NCBI GenBank assembly: GCA_028534125.1
Contig: CM052817.1
Span: forward strand, 80,602,001-80,666,000
Direction of reading: 5' to 3'
Origin: Lama glama
Lineage: Eukaryota
Length of the DNA: 64,000 bases
Shown here: one piece after another, positions 25,261 through 37,360 of the stretch
Numbering within the stretch: the stretch's first letter is position 1
Layout of the letters: each line of letters begins with the position of its first letter
The notes under the pieces: generated by a model
The model's database searches: none
The model's input: the letters and a program-made list of their open reading frames with translations, nothing else
What the model was told of the DNA's origin: nothing
Translations under genes and position numbers: made by a program

Positions 25261-25641
25261 TATATCTCATTCTACTAAGCTGTGTTACTAGGGAAATATT
25301 ACCTTCTGAGATGCAAGTAAACCAATAAAACAAGTTGAATGGGCTGATACAGTGTGGGTACTTATTTGATGGCAACTTTTGAAAAGTTGCCAGTGGGGGT
25401 TTGTGGGGGATGGAGAGAGATGGGGAGGGCCGTGTCCGTAGCTGATGGAGCAATGGTAGGGGTGGGGGGCCAGGTGAGGGTCTGGACTGTTGGGATTCTG
25501 TCTCACTTCTCCTCTGGTCTTAGGTCATCCATTGACACTGACCTTAGTTCTCTCTATTGAACTTTTCCTCTTTGCCAGGTTTTTGTCTTTTTAATTTTTT
25601 TCCACTTTTGCCCTTTGGCCATTGTCTGCCCATTTAAGGAA

Positions 25642-26699
25642 TATAGTGGATAGAGTTCGTGCTCCACCAGAACCCACTGGGTCTCCTGTATCTTCACTTG
25701 GGTACCAGTCCCCCTGACCTGCGTGTGCAGTGGCTGCTAGCACGCCTTACCTGCAGCTCTCTTCAGAAGACTGCCCTGGAAGCCCCCACTTAAAGAGACT
25801 CAGAAGTGCCGAGAAGTTTACACTGAGCCTCTTACTCCTGTCCCCAGTGGCATTTAACCAATGACTGACTGATGTAGGGACATGAGAGGCCGGTTCCCTT
25901 GCCTCTCATCTGAGCAACTCACTCTTAGTTATAATTTTCCAGTTGGAAGCTCCCTGTTAGATTAGTCCAAGGCTGGGATTTTGCTGGCAATTATGTGTTT
26001 CCTCCACTTCTTCCCTTTCTAAATTCTGCTTCTTCCTTTGTAGTTCTTCCTGAGGGCACTTTCTTTTTCTTCCAATTGAAAAAAATATACAATTTTTAAA
26101 GGTTACTTTCCATTTACAATTATTACAAAATATTGGCTATGTTCCCCGGGTTGTTGTACAATACATCTTTGAGCCTATCTTACATCTAGTAGTTTGTACC
26201 TCCCACTCCCGACCCCTATATTGCCCCTCCTCCTCCCCACTGGCAACCACTAGTTTGTTCTCTACATCTGTGAGTCTGCTTCTTTTATGTTATATTCACT
26301 ACTTTGTTGTATTTTTTTAGATTCCACATATAAGTGATATCATACAATGTTTGTATTTCTCTGTCTGACTTATTTCACTTAGCATAATTACCTTCTGTGT
26401 CCATTGGCGTTGCTGCAAATGGCAAATTTTCATTCTTTTTTATGGCTGAGTTGTATTCTGTTGTATATATGTATATATATACCACATCTTCTCTATCCAG
26501 TCATTTGTTGATGGACACTTCAGTTATTTCCATGTCTTGGCTATTGTAAATAGTGCTGCCATGAACATTGGGGCGCATGCATCTTTTCAAATTAGTGTTT
26601 TTGTGTTTTTTTTTTTCAATATATACCCAGGAGTGGAATCCGAGGGCACTTTCTTAATAGGTCATTTGCTTATGAGTTTTTGCCTCAGATTCTGGGGAA
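25642..26699 (+). mobile_element. ERVL LTR16-like LTR, split by an L1 insertion
   Basis: LTR16-like 'aaccaatgactgactgatgtaggg...cccttgcctc' and 'cctgagggcactttcttaata...ctcagattctggggaa'. Confidence 0.75.
26066..26641 (-). mobile_element. 5'-truncated cetartiodactyl L1 with 14-bp TSD
   Basis: L1 3' UTR/ORF2 end ('gacttatttcacttagcataat', 'atatacccaggagtggaat'); TSD gagggcactttctt at 26052-26065 and 26642-26655. Confidence 0.92.
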
Positions 26700-27646
26700 T
26701 ACTCATGTTTTAAAGGACTGATGGATTGAGGATCTGATATGACACTGTTCTTGGGAAACCCAAACAATCTCATGGCTTCTATGTTTGAGTGAAGGAGAAT
26801 GGAGGTTAGGTGATCAATGAAGTTCTGGCCTGGGACCATCTCCCATTGGGTCTAGTGAGCCTCTGGAGTCGTCTGGTAGTCATTTTCCAATTTCTTGACT
26901 GCATAATCAGGGTGGACAGATTTAGCATCTGGCAGGATACTCACATTGGTCCCCTAACCTGTGGAGTAAGAGCTATTGTAGTAAGAAAGAACAAGTGGAG
27001 GTCACCCAGGTCAAGATGGTAAATCATAAATAATTCTGTCCCCCAACGATTGTGTGAATGGTAGTGATTAGCATCATCCTTAAAGACTTAAAACCAACAT
27101 AGATGCTCAACCCCGTTATATCCCCATTTAATCCATCATTTTACTTCCTGCATAAATCAGGTGAATCATGGCAGGTGACAGAGGACTGTGAGAAGTGTAA
27201 CCTAGTGGTATCCCCAATACGGCTGCTATGCTGCACGTGGAATTTTTCCTGGAACAGATTGCTACTGCTTCTCATTTGTGATAGGTCACTATTGAGCAGG
27301 CAGATGCATTCTTTTCAATACCCGTTATGAATGAGGATCAGAAGCAGTTCACCAGGGTGGACAATAGAATGTATTCATAGACTTTCACTAGATCTGGGTT
27401 AATTCTCCTGCTCTGTCACAGTGTAGTTTGATGGGACCTTGGTCCTCTGGACATCCCACAAAATATCACTTTGGTCCACTGTATTGGTGACAGCATGTGA
27501 ATCACACCTAACCAGGAAATGACAGTACTTTGGATGCCCTGGTAAGACGGCATACTTCAGAGATTGAGAGAAACTCTACAAACATTCAGGAGCCTGTCAT
27601 GCCAGTAACGGTCTTAAGACTCCACTGGTTTGGGGCATGCGAGGGC
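26692..27646 (+). pseudogene. Decayed ERVL protease and RT N-terminal part (LTR16-associated internal sequence)
   Basis: GLMD*GSDMTL (cf. LLDTGSELTL), WQDTHIGPLTCGVRAI, ISPFNPS..K.GESWQVT.D, QNITLVHCIGD (cf. HYIDD); stops and frameshifts. Confidence 0.85.
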
Positions 27647-28723
27647 TTTACTTCATAGCGAAAGAAGAGCAGCAGTGGGCCCACGTTCATAGAATTCACT
27701 GGTCTTGCCATGTTCTCAACCACCCTGTAGCAGCTGGTTTGAGAGAATGATGAAACGGCCTTTGGAGACTCTGTTACAGCACCACCTAGATGGCATTGCC
27801 TTTCAGGGCTGGGGCAAAGATCTCCAGAAGGCTGTGTAAGCTCTGAATCAGTGTCCAATATATGCTGCTGTTTCTCCAATAGCCAGGAATCATGGGTCCA
27901 AGAATCAAAGAATGGACATGGGAGTGACCCACTAGCAAAATCTGTGCTTCCTGTTTCTGCAACTTTATGCTCTGCTGGCCTAGAGTTCTCAGTTCCAGTG
28001 AGAGGAATGTTTCCACCACGAGACACACAATGATTTCACTGAACTGTAAGTTAAGACTGCTGCCGGGCCACTTTGGACTCCTGATGCCTCTGAATCAACA
28101 GGCAAAGAAGGGAGTTACTGTGCTGACTGGGGTGATTGATCCTAATTACCAAGGGGAAGTTGGACTTCTGCTCCACAGTGGAGGAAAGGAAGAGTGGGTC
28201 TGGGATACAGGCGATCCCTGAGGACATCTCTTAGTATTCCCAAGCCTTGTGATTAAGGTCAATGGAAAACTACAGCAACCCAGTCCAGGCAGGACTGCTA
28301 ATAGCCCAGATCCTTTGGGAATGGAGGTTTGGGTCATCCCACCAGGTGAAGAACCATGCCTAGCTGAGGTGCTTGCTGAAGGCAAAGGGAATGCAGGATG
28401 GATAGTGGAAGAAGCTACAGTCTTTGTCTTCTTTCCTCTCTTATTCCCTTATTATGCAATATAAAACAGATTCGGTTTATATCACAGTGTTTTCAGTAGT
28501 GTTGATTTTACGTCATAGCATTTAAGTTACAGGCTGTCAAGGAAGGAGTAAACATCACTCAAGGACTTTACCTCCTCTTCTGGGGAAGAGGTTAGTGTGT
28601 TCTTGGTTGTGGTCAGGATAGCTGTATCATGTTAAGCGGAATTGCGGTCTTATTGTCTTTATTCGGAGATTAAGATTGGTTTAAAAAGATGTGTATGATT
28701 GCCAAGTTGACAAGAGGTGGACT
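27647..28723 (+). pseudogene. ERVL (HERV-L/MLT2-type) integrase C-terminal part, dUTPase and PPT
   Basis: KEEQQWAHVHRIHW, VSPIARNHGSKNQ, LRLLPGHFGLLMPLNQQAKKGVTVLTGVIDPNYQGE, VIKVNGKLQQP, AEVLAEGKGN; purine tract caagaggtgga before the LTR. Confidence 0.9.
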
Positions 28724-29238
28724 TGTGATGGTTGATTTTATATGTCAGCTTGACTGGCCATGGGGTGCCCAGATTAAACATCATTTCTGGGTGTCTTTGT
28801 AAGAGTGTTTCCAGATGAGATTAGCTTTCGAATTGGTGGACTCAGTAGATTGCCCACTCCAGTGTAGGTGGGCTTCATCTAATCCTTTGAGGCTCTGGAT
28901 AGAATAAAAGTTTGAAGAAATCTGTCCCTTTTTTCTCTCCTGCCTCATTTGCTTGAGCTGGGACATCTCACCTCTCTTCTCTGGCCCTTGGACTGAGATT
29001 TGCACCTCTGGCTCCCCTGGTTCTCGGGCCTTCAGACAAAGAGTGAATTATATCACTGGCTTTCCTGGATCTCCAGTTTTCAGACAGCAGATCCTGAGAT
29101 TTCTAAGCCTCCATAATCTTTTAAACCAATTCTTTATAGTAAACATTTTCCCTAATAAGTATATCTTCATATATATTTATATTTATATATGTATGTATCC
29201 TACTAACTCTGTTTCTCTAGAGAACCCTGACTAATACA
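28724..29238 (+). mobile_element. MLT2-family ERVL LTR (complete)
   Basis: Begins tgtgatggttgattttatatgtcagcttgact and ends gtttctctagagaaccctgactaataca, the canonical MLT2 termini. Confidence 0.92.
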
Positions 29239-30938
29239 CTCTCTAAATTTGAAAAAAACAAACATGTTTTGGCATCTTTAAGTTCTTACCACTTAAAAAA
29301 TAAGCACAATATTTTGTTAGGTTTCTTTGTGTTTTGTAAGCAACATATACCACACTTGGACATATTGCTCTGATTCATTTATTGAATGATATGGAAGGCT
29401 TCTAATTTTGAGTGGGACACAGACAAAATAAGGGCTGTAGAGTGAGTCCAGGCTTTAGACAAGCAGCCCTGCTTCCTGGACCTTTTGACAGAGTAGATAG
29501 CATGGTCTTAGGCGAGTACGTCATGAAGACACTACGTGGAGTCACTGGCAAGATCTAGTGGGAGAATCATAGTGTAGGACCCAGGTTTCTGGAGCAGCAT
29601 CTGCAAATGAGTCCTGTACACCATTCACAAAGCAGCTTCTGATCCGCTACTGGACCTGGCAGATACTGGTCTTCAGGACATGTATGTCATCATAGATGCT
29701 GGCCACAGGATATCAAATGACTACATGACCAGGGCTGGCCATCCTGAGCTGGGTATTTTCAGATTCACTAGATGGGCCCTGCAACAATCCATCATACAAT
29801 GGAAGTGATGTATCCAGAATCAGGCAGTGGCAGGTCCTGAGCGCACATGTAATTTGGACAAATAGGTAGCTCACATCCCCACGTCACCTGCCTCTACAGC
29901 ACTGGTGCTTCTTTTTTAGTTTACACTTCAGCTCCATGATTAGCTTCACAGAGGAGGAAAAAATCCTGAGCTTGGTTTACAGATGGGTCAGCTCACTATG
30001 TTGGTTCACTAAAGCCTGTTTATGGATGGCCCAGAAGGACGGTGGTGGGATGAAGTTCTTCCAGTGGGCGGGGCTTCAGGCAGTGTAGCTGGTTATCTGT
30101 TTTGCATGGCGAGAAGAGCAGCCCAATGTAAGAATATACACAGACTCCCAGGCGGTGGAGACGGGTTTACCTGTTTAGTCAGGGTTCTGAAAAGAGCAAG
30201 ATTGGAAGACTGAGGACAAGAAAGTGAGGTGAGAGGCAGCTGGATGGACTTATGGGAGTGGTCACAAGGTGTGGCAATTTTCTGCTGCACGTCAATGCCC
30301 GCCAGAGACCATCCAGCGGCAGAGCAGGCTGATAGGATGATTCATTGCGTAGAAGCCAGCCATCCTTTGTCTTCGGCTACCAAAATATGCCCATGAACCA
30401 GGCAGACATGGCGGCAGAGACAAAAAGCACGTGCTGTTCTAGCTGCTGCAGCTGGACGTCCCCTTGGCAGAGGCAGAGGCTCCTCGTGTAATGCGATGCT
30501 GAGCCCCTAATGTAATACTATCCCTCAAGGAGCCCGACCAGCTACTTAGTGACAAGTTATTTGCATTGAACAGTCTGCGTCGTGGAGGGGCAGTGATTTG
30601 TCATGACTAGGATTTACATGTATTTCCAGGTGTGGATCTTCTTCCCTGTCTTTCCTGTATTCTTACCCTCAGCTTTCCTGCTGTCCAGGGACTCACAAGA
30701 GTATCTAGCTTATCAGCATGAGGTCTGCCATGATATTTCTTTGAACCAAGGGACCCACCTTATAGCCGAGGGGGTGTAGCAATGGATAAGTGACCATGGG
30801 GCCCCATCTCATCCATTACTCAGAAGCTGTGGCCTCATCAAGCTTTGGAATGGTCTCTTACAGGTACAGCGAAGGCATCAGCTTTGAAATAATACCCCAT
30901 GAGTCTGGGCCTCTGTCTTTCTGGATGCAGTATACACT
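29239..30938 (+). pseudogene. Decayed ERVL RT thumb, RNase H and integrase (continuation of the 26692-27646 element)
   Basis: QHIPHL, ASNFEW, AWFTDGSAHY (29970-29999), RIYTDS, WMDLWEW, HVNA, NQGTH (30744-30758). Confidence 0.85.
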
Positions 30939-30939
30939 T

Positions 30940-31135
30940 TGTGATTATTTCTTATATTTGCCAGTTTGTCAGTTCTAGATAGTTGGTCAAACATTATTCA
31001 AAAAGTTTTTGTGAGGTTTGTTTTGCATGAGATTAAAGTTTGAACCAGTGGATTTTGAGTAAAGCAGTTTGCTTTCCATAATACGGGTGGGCCTCATCCA
31101 ATCAGTTGGAGGTCTGAATAGAACAAGTCAACTCT
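30940..31135 (+). mobile_element. MLT2-family LTR 5' fragment
   Basis: 'ggtcaaacattattc...gagtaaagcagtttgctttccataatacgggtgggcctcatccaatcagttggaggtctgaatagaaca'. Confidence 0.8.
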
Positions 31136-31180
31136 TTGAAAGATTCCAGAGCAATGGATTACTTTAGACCCATTCTGTCT

Positions 31181-31330
31181 GAGTGGTCATATCCTTTTTT
31201 TTTGGGTCACAGAGCCCTTTAAAAATCTGAGGAAAGTGCTAGATGTTTGCACTAGTAAACTGTATATATGAACCATACATACATAGTTTATTTTGCATAT
31301 AAATTCAGGATAGCTACTAAGGGAAATCCC
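31181..31330 (+). mobile_element. MER103C-like hAT-Charlie MITE
   Basis: 'ttttgggtcacagagccctttaaaaatctgaggaaag...ttttgcatataaattcagg'. Confidence 0.7.
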
Positions 31331-31759
31331 TCATTATGCTGCCATGTAAAAAAAAAAAAAAACAAACCTTTTCTGTATCTTTCTTCAGTAAAGGAATATC
31401 CTGGTTTTGTTGTGGAAGCCAAAATAGCCACAAGAAGTCGACAGATAGAATTAGTTAACAATGTAGTATCTAGCTTTGGGCTAAGACATGTCTCCCCCCA
31501 GGTCATTCTATTTGGTCTTCCAGAAGACAGAGAGATTTGAAATGTGCCAGAAATATTTTATTTGACTTTTAAGTAGTCACCAACAGCCCCAAACAGCATT
31601 AGGTTTACCATCAACCGAATGCTTCCAGCTTGTTTACTTTTGGAATTGTTTTCTTATCCAACAAGTCCCTTCTTAAATGTTGTTCAGCAAAGAAGTTCTT
31701 AAGCACCCAATATCTGAAGATATTCCATAGACTTTATTGTAATATCCTCTTAATTTCCT

Positions 31760-31950
31760 TTCTACCACATTTGACCCTAGCTATTGTATTGCTGGTTGAT
31801 TCATTTGTGTTTATTGACTGTCTCTCCATGGAATTTAAGCTCAATCAAGGCAAAGACCTTGTTTATCTAGCACATCGCTGCATCCGTAGGGTATTGTATG
31901 GAGCCGTACATGAGTTAGGGGCTGAGAGATATTTGTTAAACGAAGGAATA
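31760..31950 (+). mobile_element. L2 3' end
   Basis: 'tgtctctccatggaatttaagctcaatcaaggcaaagaccttgtttat...atatttgttaaacgaaggaat'. Confidence 0.75.
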
Positions 31951-34900
31951 ATATGTTCGCAGAGTTCATGGTTAGACTCATGCTTATGTAACTATCTTGA
32001 AAAAGAACCTAGGAAAGATATCTGGTCCATTAATTGTGTTTGAAATAAATTCTCTTGATAACGAAGACTGGTGTGATGATGAAGATGGTAGCATCAGCTG
32101 CCTTGCAGCTGCTGTGTGCTGACCTGAAGTGGGTTGACCAGAGGGAACGGAAAGACAAGCAGAAGGACAGCTTCAGATGGTATCCTTTAATCTCTGACTG
32201 CTGGGAAGACCGGCCACATATAATCTCTTCTGTGGGCCAGGATCCCAAGGGAGCTGGCAAACAGTGAGCAGAGTCAGCTCTGGAAGAAGGAAAGGCCGAG
32301 TTACTGATGGCAACAGGAATTGCAAACAGTGGTCACAGTTGTTAACACTGGACGGGCCTGACGTCTATCAGAGCTCAAAGCCCTTCTCGCCTCTCCCAGG
32401 CTTTTTCACTAGTCTTTCCAGCTGGCCGTGGGAAGCAGCCTTTCCAAAGGAAAAGACCATGATGTGACACTTACTCATTTCCAGCTCTGGTTTATTGAGA
32501 AAGACGTATAGAAACATTTATTGCAATTATTACTAATACCTTTTCCTCCTTACTTTAACATTTATTTTATATTAGTTCAAAGTCCATAGCATGTAAACAG
32601 ATTTTTCTCCACACGTCCTATGTTACATGGGAAGTTTCACTTTATTATTTGTTGGCACGTTCACTTTAAGATGAGGAAATGTGCATGTTTCCTGCTATTT
32701 ACAATTTTAAATGGAAAAAACCCCTCAAATTAAAAAGTTTAGACACGTTTGTGAAGTCCGTCCTGCACTTGTGTAAGCAAATAAGCACCAACAGCCTTGT
32801 GAACACACAGACACAAAGAAAAGAAAAAAACAAAGGAACTTGGCTTAAAACTTCTTGCTCCCTTTCACTCTGACTCGATTGTCCTTGGTCCACACTAGAA
32901 CTGGACGGTGGTGGCTCACTGCATCTGAGGCTAAGCTCGTGGCTTTTATTTCCTGCTTCCAGCAGAACCAAGGTAGCCAGAGAGCATGTCGGAGGGACTT
33001 GGGTGTTCAGGATTCTGAGTTCAGTGTCTCAGTCACAGAGTGTGGAGGAGTTCGGGGCCACCCCCAAGAGCCCCAGACCGTGAGATCCCTTTTACACAGA
33101 GTCATTTCCAGGGAGTAGGTGGCAAGTTCTCAAGATAATCTTGTTTGTGAGATAAATCCAAGGATTTCTAGGACATTTTGATAGGCAACTTCAGACAGTA
33201 ATTAGCCGCAGCATTGGAGTACGCTAGCAACTACTCAGCCGTGGGCAATGATTAGATCAGGTGTGAAGGTGAGCGAGCTGCTCTCCTTCTGTGCAGTTAA
33301 AAACAAAACGTGGGCACAGAGAGAGTCCTTGCTCTGCCCTTTCTTCACCTGCTGCATTTTCATTTCCTCTTCCACTGCCCCAGAAGTCTAATCGCGGACC
33401 CTAACGTCCCGATTCAACAGAGCTTGAGATGTCCACGCGGAGCACAAAACTGCAGTAGGAGTTTGGGGTTTGCTTTTCTCTCAGGTTTAATGTCACTGAC
33501 TGGGTTCAGTGGACTTTGTAATCTATCCCTTAAACCACACGATCCCGAGGGCGAATTCCCTGGGAGGAGAGGGGCTCTGCCAGCTGATTAGCCTGGTTTG
33601 CCTGCTTCCTACTTCTCTTCTGTTCAGGTACTAGTTGTTCAGACAGCTGAGCTGGTGCTGGCTCCCCAGGTCCGTTGCTCCATTTTAATTCAAGCCAGTG
33701 ATGCAGAGTCCCCAGCTTGGCCTGTCAGAACTCGATAGCTCTGTAAACATTGAAATCTTTGTTGCCATAACACCAGGAAAAATAATATGGGATCCTGCAT
33801 ATAAATATAGCGGAGGCCTTGGGGAATAGGAGCATTTCTAAATGACTCGAAGCTCTGTCACGGCATAATCTCTTATAAATAAATGTAACGTAGTCACTGA
33901 ATGCAGGCTGGATTTTTGCCTGCCTGGGGTGCTCAGCCTTCTAGACAATAGTTATGCTAAGGGATTATCTTTTAACATAGTGCAGTTATCTCCTTTGTTT
34001 GTTTTCCTTTTTCATTATTCGCATAAGCCAAGGGAAATGAAAAGCATCTTATTTCAGGCAAAAGGGCCTGTGAATGATTAACTCTGGTTCCACACATTGG
34101 GATTCTGCATAGCAACCCCTTGGCTTCTAACTAGAAAAAGGCTTGAGGCAGCAACAGCAGCCCCGGGACCTGAGACCAACATTCTCAAACGAAGATGGTG
34201 AGGAACGGATTAAGTCTCAACATTGTGTTTATGAGCAGAATCTTCCGTAGCTGGCTTGTTTCATTTTGCATTGGTTTTACTGCACTCTTCTTGGTGGAGA
34301 TGTGTTTTGCTGACCTTCCCTTTCGCATGTACCCTTGCTTCTGGAGTACACTGGAGGATCCAAGTGAAATTTGGCTAGGATTACGGCCTAGTCTGGTTTA
34401 TGCCACCATATTTTCTCCCTAATACTGTCCAAATCTGGGCCAATAACACTGGCTAAATTTTACATTAAAAGAAATGGAATTAACAGATAGCTTCAGAATG
34501 ACCTTGAGTTTTAGTTTTAACTCAGAGAACATTTTGTTGGTAAATGCTGGCTCTCTTGTAATTATGCATAGCACAAAGTATTAGGAAAATGAAAGAGAAG
34601 CAAATGGTGTATTACATGGTTCCAATTAAAGGACATGGGTGTGTTAAAAACCCACATTGTGCAAATGTGAGGGACGGAATCAAAACCAATTCCCTATCTT
34701 TTTAAGGACATTTGGTGCTTAAACATTTACATGACAAGATGCGAGTTAGAAGAGTCAGCAGAAAATGAAGTGTAAGCTAAGGACAGAAGAAACATTGGAA
34801 AATTTAGGAAAATGCAGTATAGTCATAATCGAGCCAAAATATTTAGGACACTTAAATTTAGACTGCAAGTCAATCCAGATGTTTATTTATTAATGTTAAT

Positions 34901-35619
34901 AATGTTTCCAGTCTGGTTATAAAATACTGACTCCCGGGGGTTCCACTTCTGAGTTTAAAGACAAATGCATGGTCTATTCTTTCCCAGCTCTGTTTTATTC
35001 TTAGGGACTTTCTACAGCCATGATTTTCCTGTAAAAGTGTTTGCAAAATTTTGAGCAGCTCCTGATGTCCAGCAGAAAGGCTGAGTGAAACACGGGTCTA
35101 GCAAAGCTTTCCCCTTTCTGCATTTCTCTTCTTGCTTCCATGGCAATAAAGAACGAACTTGGCATAAGAACATCATCTGTTCCTGCCTGTTTCTCATCTG
35201 AAGTCATAAACCTCTGCTGTCCCACCCAAGACTAGGATTTCGGCTGGCACGAAACCGCTGTCCGCTTACGGGTTTATTCCAGTAGTAACCAAAGACAAAA
35301 CTATTTTAAATGAAGGCCCAGGGCAGTTTTCCAAACCCTTCACAATCTCCAGGTCATCCCCTAGAGGAAACCATTGAGGAAGAGGTCCAAGTTACATCCT
35401 TTCTTATAGTTTTTGATGCACTGTATGTTTATGAAGTCTGAGAACATTTTACCCTTCTCATTGCTCTAGACTGAATGCTGTGGAGAAAAAGGGAGGAGTC
35501 ACAAGCTCGAAAGCCGTAGGGCTCAGGTGCACAGGCAAGTCCATGGAGAGCAGGCAGCGGTCTCCGGAGAGGCAGGGTCCTTTCCGAAAGGCATCTGCTG
35601 CTCAGCTTCCCCCAAAGGT

Positions 35620-35815
35620 ACCATGTGGGGAGATGGAGAAGTTTGCCAGATACTCTGGTTTGTCAATAGAAGTTCCTGAATCCTGATTTTTTATATGAAT
35701 TCTGCATAGTTTTAGATGTTGGCAGTTTTTAATTTGAACAGAAGTCAAACACGGTGAAGGTCAATCAAAACACGGCTCTTGAATGTTTGGGGCCACTGGC
35801 ATCCAACCCCCAGGC
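35620..35815 (+). mobile_element. MER102-like hAT-Charlie fragment
   Basis: 'gccagatactctggtttgtcaatagaagttcctgaatcctgattttttatatgaa...agatgttggca'. Confidence 0.65.
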
Positions 35816-35949
35816 TGTGCTCCTGAGTCACACTGGGGACACTTCGCATTTCTCAGCTTCTCAGGTTCTAAAACTGTCCGCTGGCATAATATTTGCACAT
35901 TTTACTTTTTATTTGAGGTAGTCTGGCAGAAAGAAAAGAACACACATTT

Positions 35950-36150
35950 GCAGCAGGGGAGCTGTAGATTTTACTAGTTTCAGATTTTACCAAATTGTGA
36001 CCTGCAGAAGCTTAGTGAATCTCTTGAAGCCTCTCTTATAATCTGTGGAAATGACGCCTATTCTGCAGGGTGTCCAGAAGATTAAATGTACCACTAGATA
36101 TAACATGTGTAGCCTGGCCCATTTAGGTGTTCCTCATATGAATGTTACTA
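35950..36150 (+). mobile_element. MIR
   Basis: 'tgtgacctgcagaag...atctgtggaaatg...gaagattaaatg...gcctggcccatttagg'. Confidence 0.6.
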
Positions 36151-37136
36151 TCCTGATCACTACCAGTGGGTGATCTTCTTTGGAAGACACAAAACTCGCA
36201 TCCTGATGAGTTTCTCTCAGGATAGGGAGAGGGGCCTCTCTGCAGGTGTAATATGCTATGCAATAGAAAGAAATGATATCAAGTGTCATTTCTAAGGCCT
36301 TAAAGAATTTTAGAACTAGTAGAAGCCTTAGGGAAGCAAACTCTAATAGCAGGAAATTAATAGAAATAGCAGTTTTTTCTTAAACATTCATATTTTAAAA
36401 CACACAAATGAATGCTGCCACTAAAATGCAGTTAATAACATTTTACTTTAAAAAATGAAACTAAAGGTAGGATCTGGAACCGTGTTTTGAAATAAAAGAA
36501 TGCAGGTTAAGTTTTTTCCTCTCAATTTCTGTGGGATTATTTACTTGGAAATAAACAGATGAACGTTACTTAATATATCCTTCTTTTGTATCCAGGCAGG
36601 GTTGCCCAGGAGATTTCTTCTCTCCTAGCTTGAGGTCCATGACCTGTAGATAATGGTGGCAAGGGGGCTTTCAAAAAATTGGGGTGCTCCAAAATGGGGT
36701 TTGAGAAGATAACTGATGTATTCTCCTTGCTCTCTGTTCAAAATTAGGTGCAGTCTACAGTTTCAGCATTCAAAGGAAGAGAACTCCTTCCTTCCTGTTG
36801 CTGGAGCAGCTGCAAGTAATAACAGAAAACAAAACAAAACCAAACAAAACATTGAGTCTGACAAAGACTTTGGTGGTACAAATAAAGCAGGGTAGGCATG
36901 TAAGATGGCTCAGGGTATCTGGTGTCTTTCACATAACTTATCCTCTTGCTTGGTATGAGATCTCTGATGGTGTGATAGGGAGTGCTGTGGGTGTGTGACA
37001 GATTATCTGAAGTGTTCCTCTATCAGTCATTGATATATTTACTGACAAAACTCTTTTATTCCTAAACTCAGCAGCATATGGTACTGGTCACGTTGGAGTC
37101 TCAGGGACCCTTGCTGACATTTAAGAGTTATAAAGA

Positions 37137-37360
37137 GTAATAATTATGTTGCCATCTACCGTGAGGTAGGAACTAGGGTAGGCACTTGATGACATTGTTT
37201 AAAATCCTCATCACCCTTTATGTAGGGCTGTATCTCCATTTTACAGAGTGCTAAATTGAGTCTCAGGCATATGGGGCCTCCCTTGAGGTACATAGATAGT
37301 AAGATGGGGCTAGGATTAAACCAGATTTGTTCTCTAGGCCTCTCTAGCCCATACTTTTCT
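37137..37360 (-). mobile_element. MIR
   Basis: 'aatcctcatcaccctttatgtagg...ctccattttacagagtgctaaattgagtctcag'. Confidence 0.75.

Noticed and set aside
25394..25480. G-rich stretch, possible G-quadruplex (also 49073-49099)
   Set aside because: Loops are long or irregular and there is no supporting context
27586..28026. 146-aa minus-strand ORF
   Set aside because: Antisense shadow of ERVL integrase/dUTPase
31630..32043. 137-aa hydrophobic ORF
   Set aside because: Runs through an L2 3' end; hydrophobicity reflects T-rich DNA
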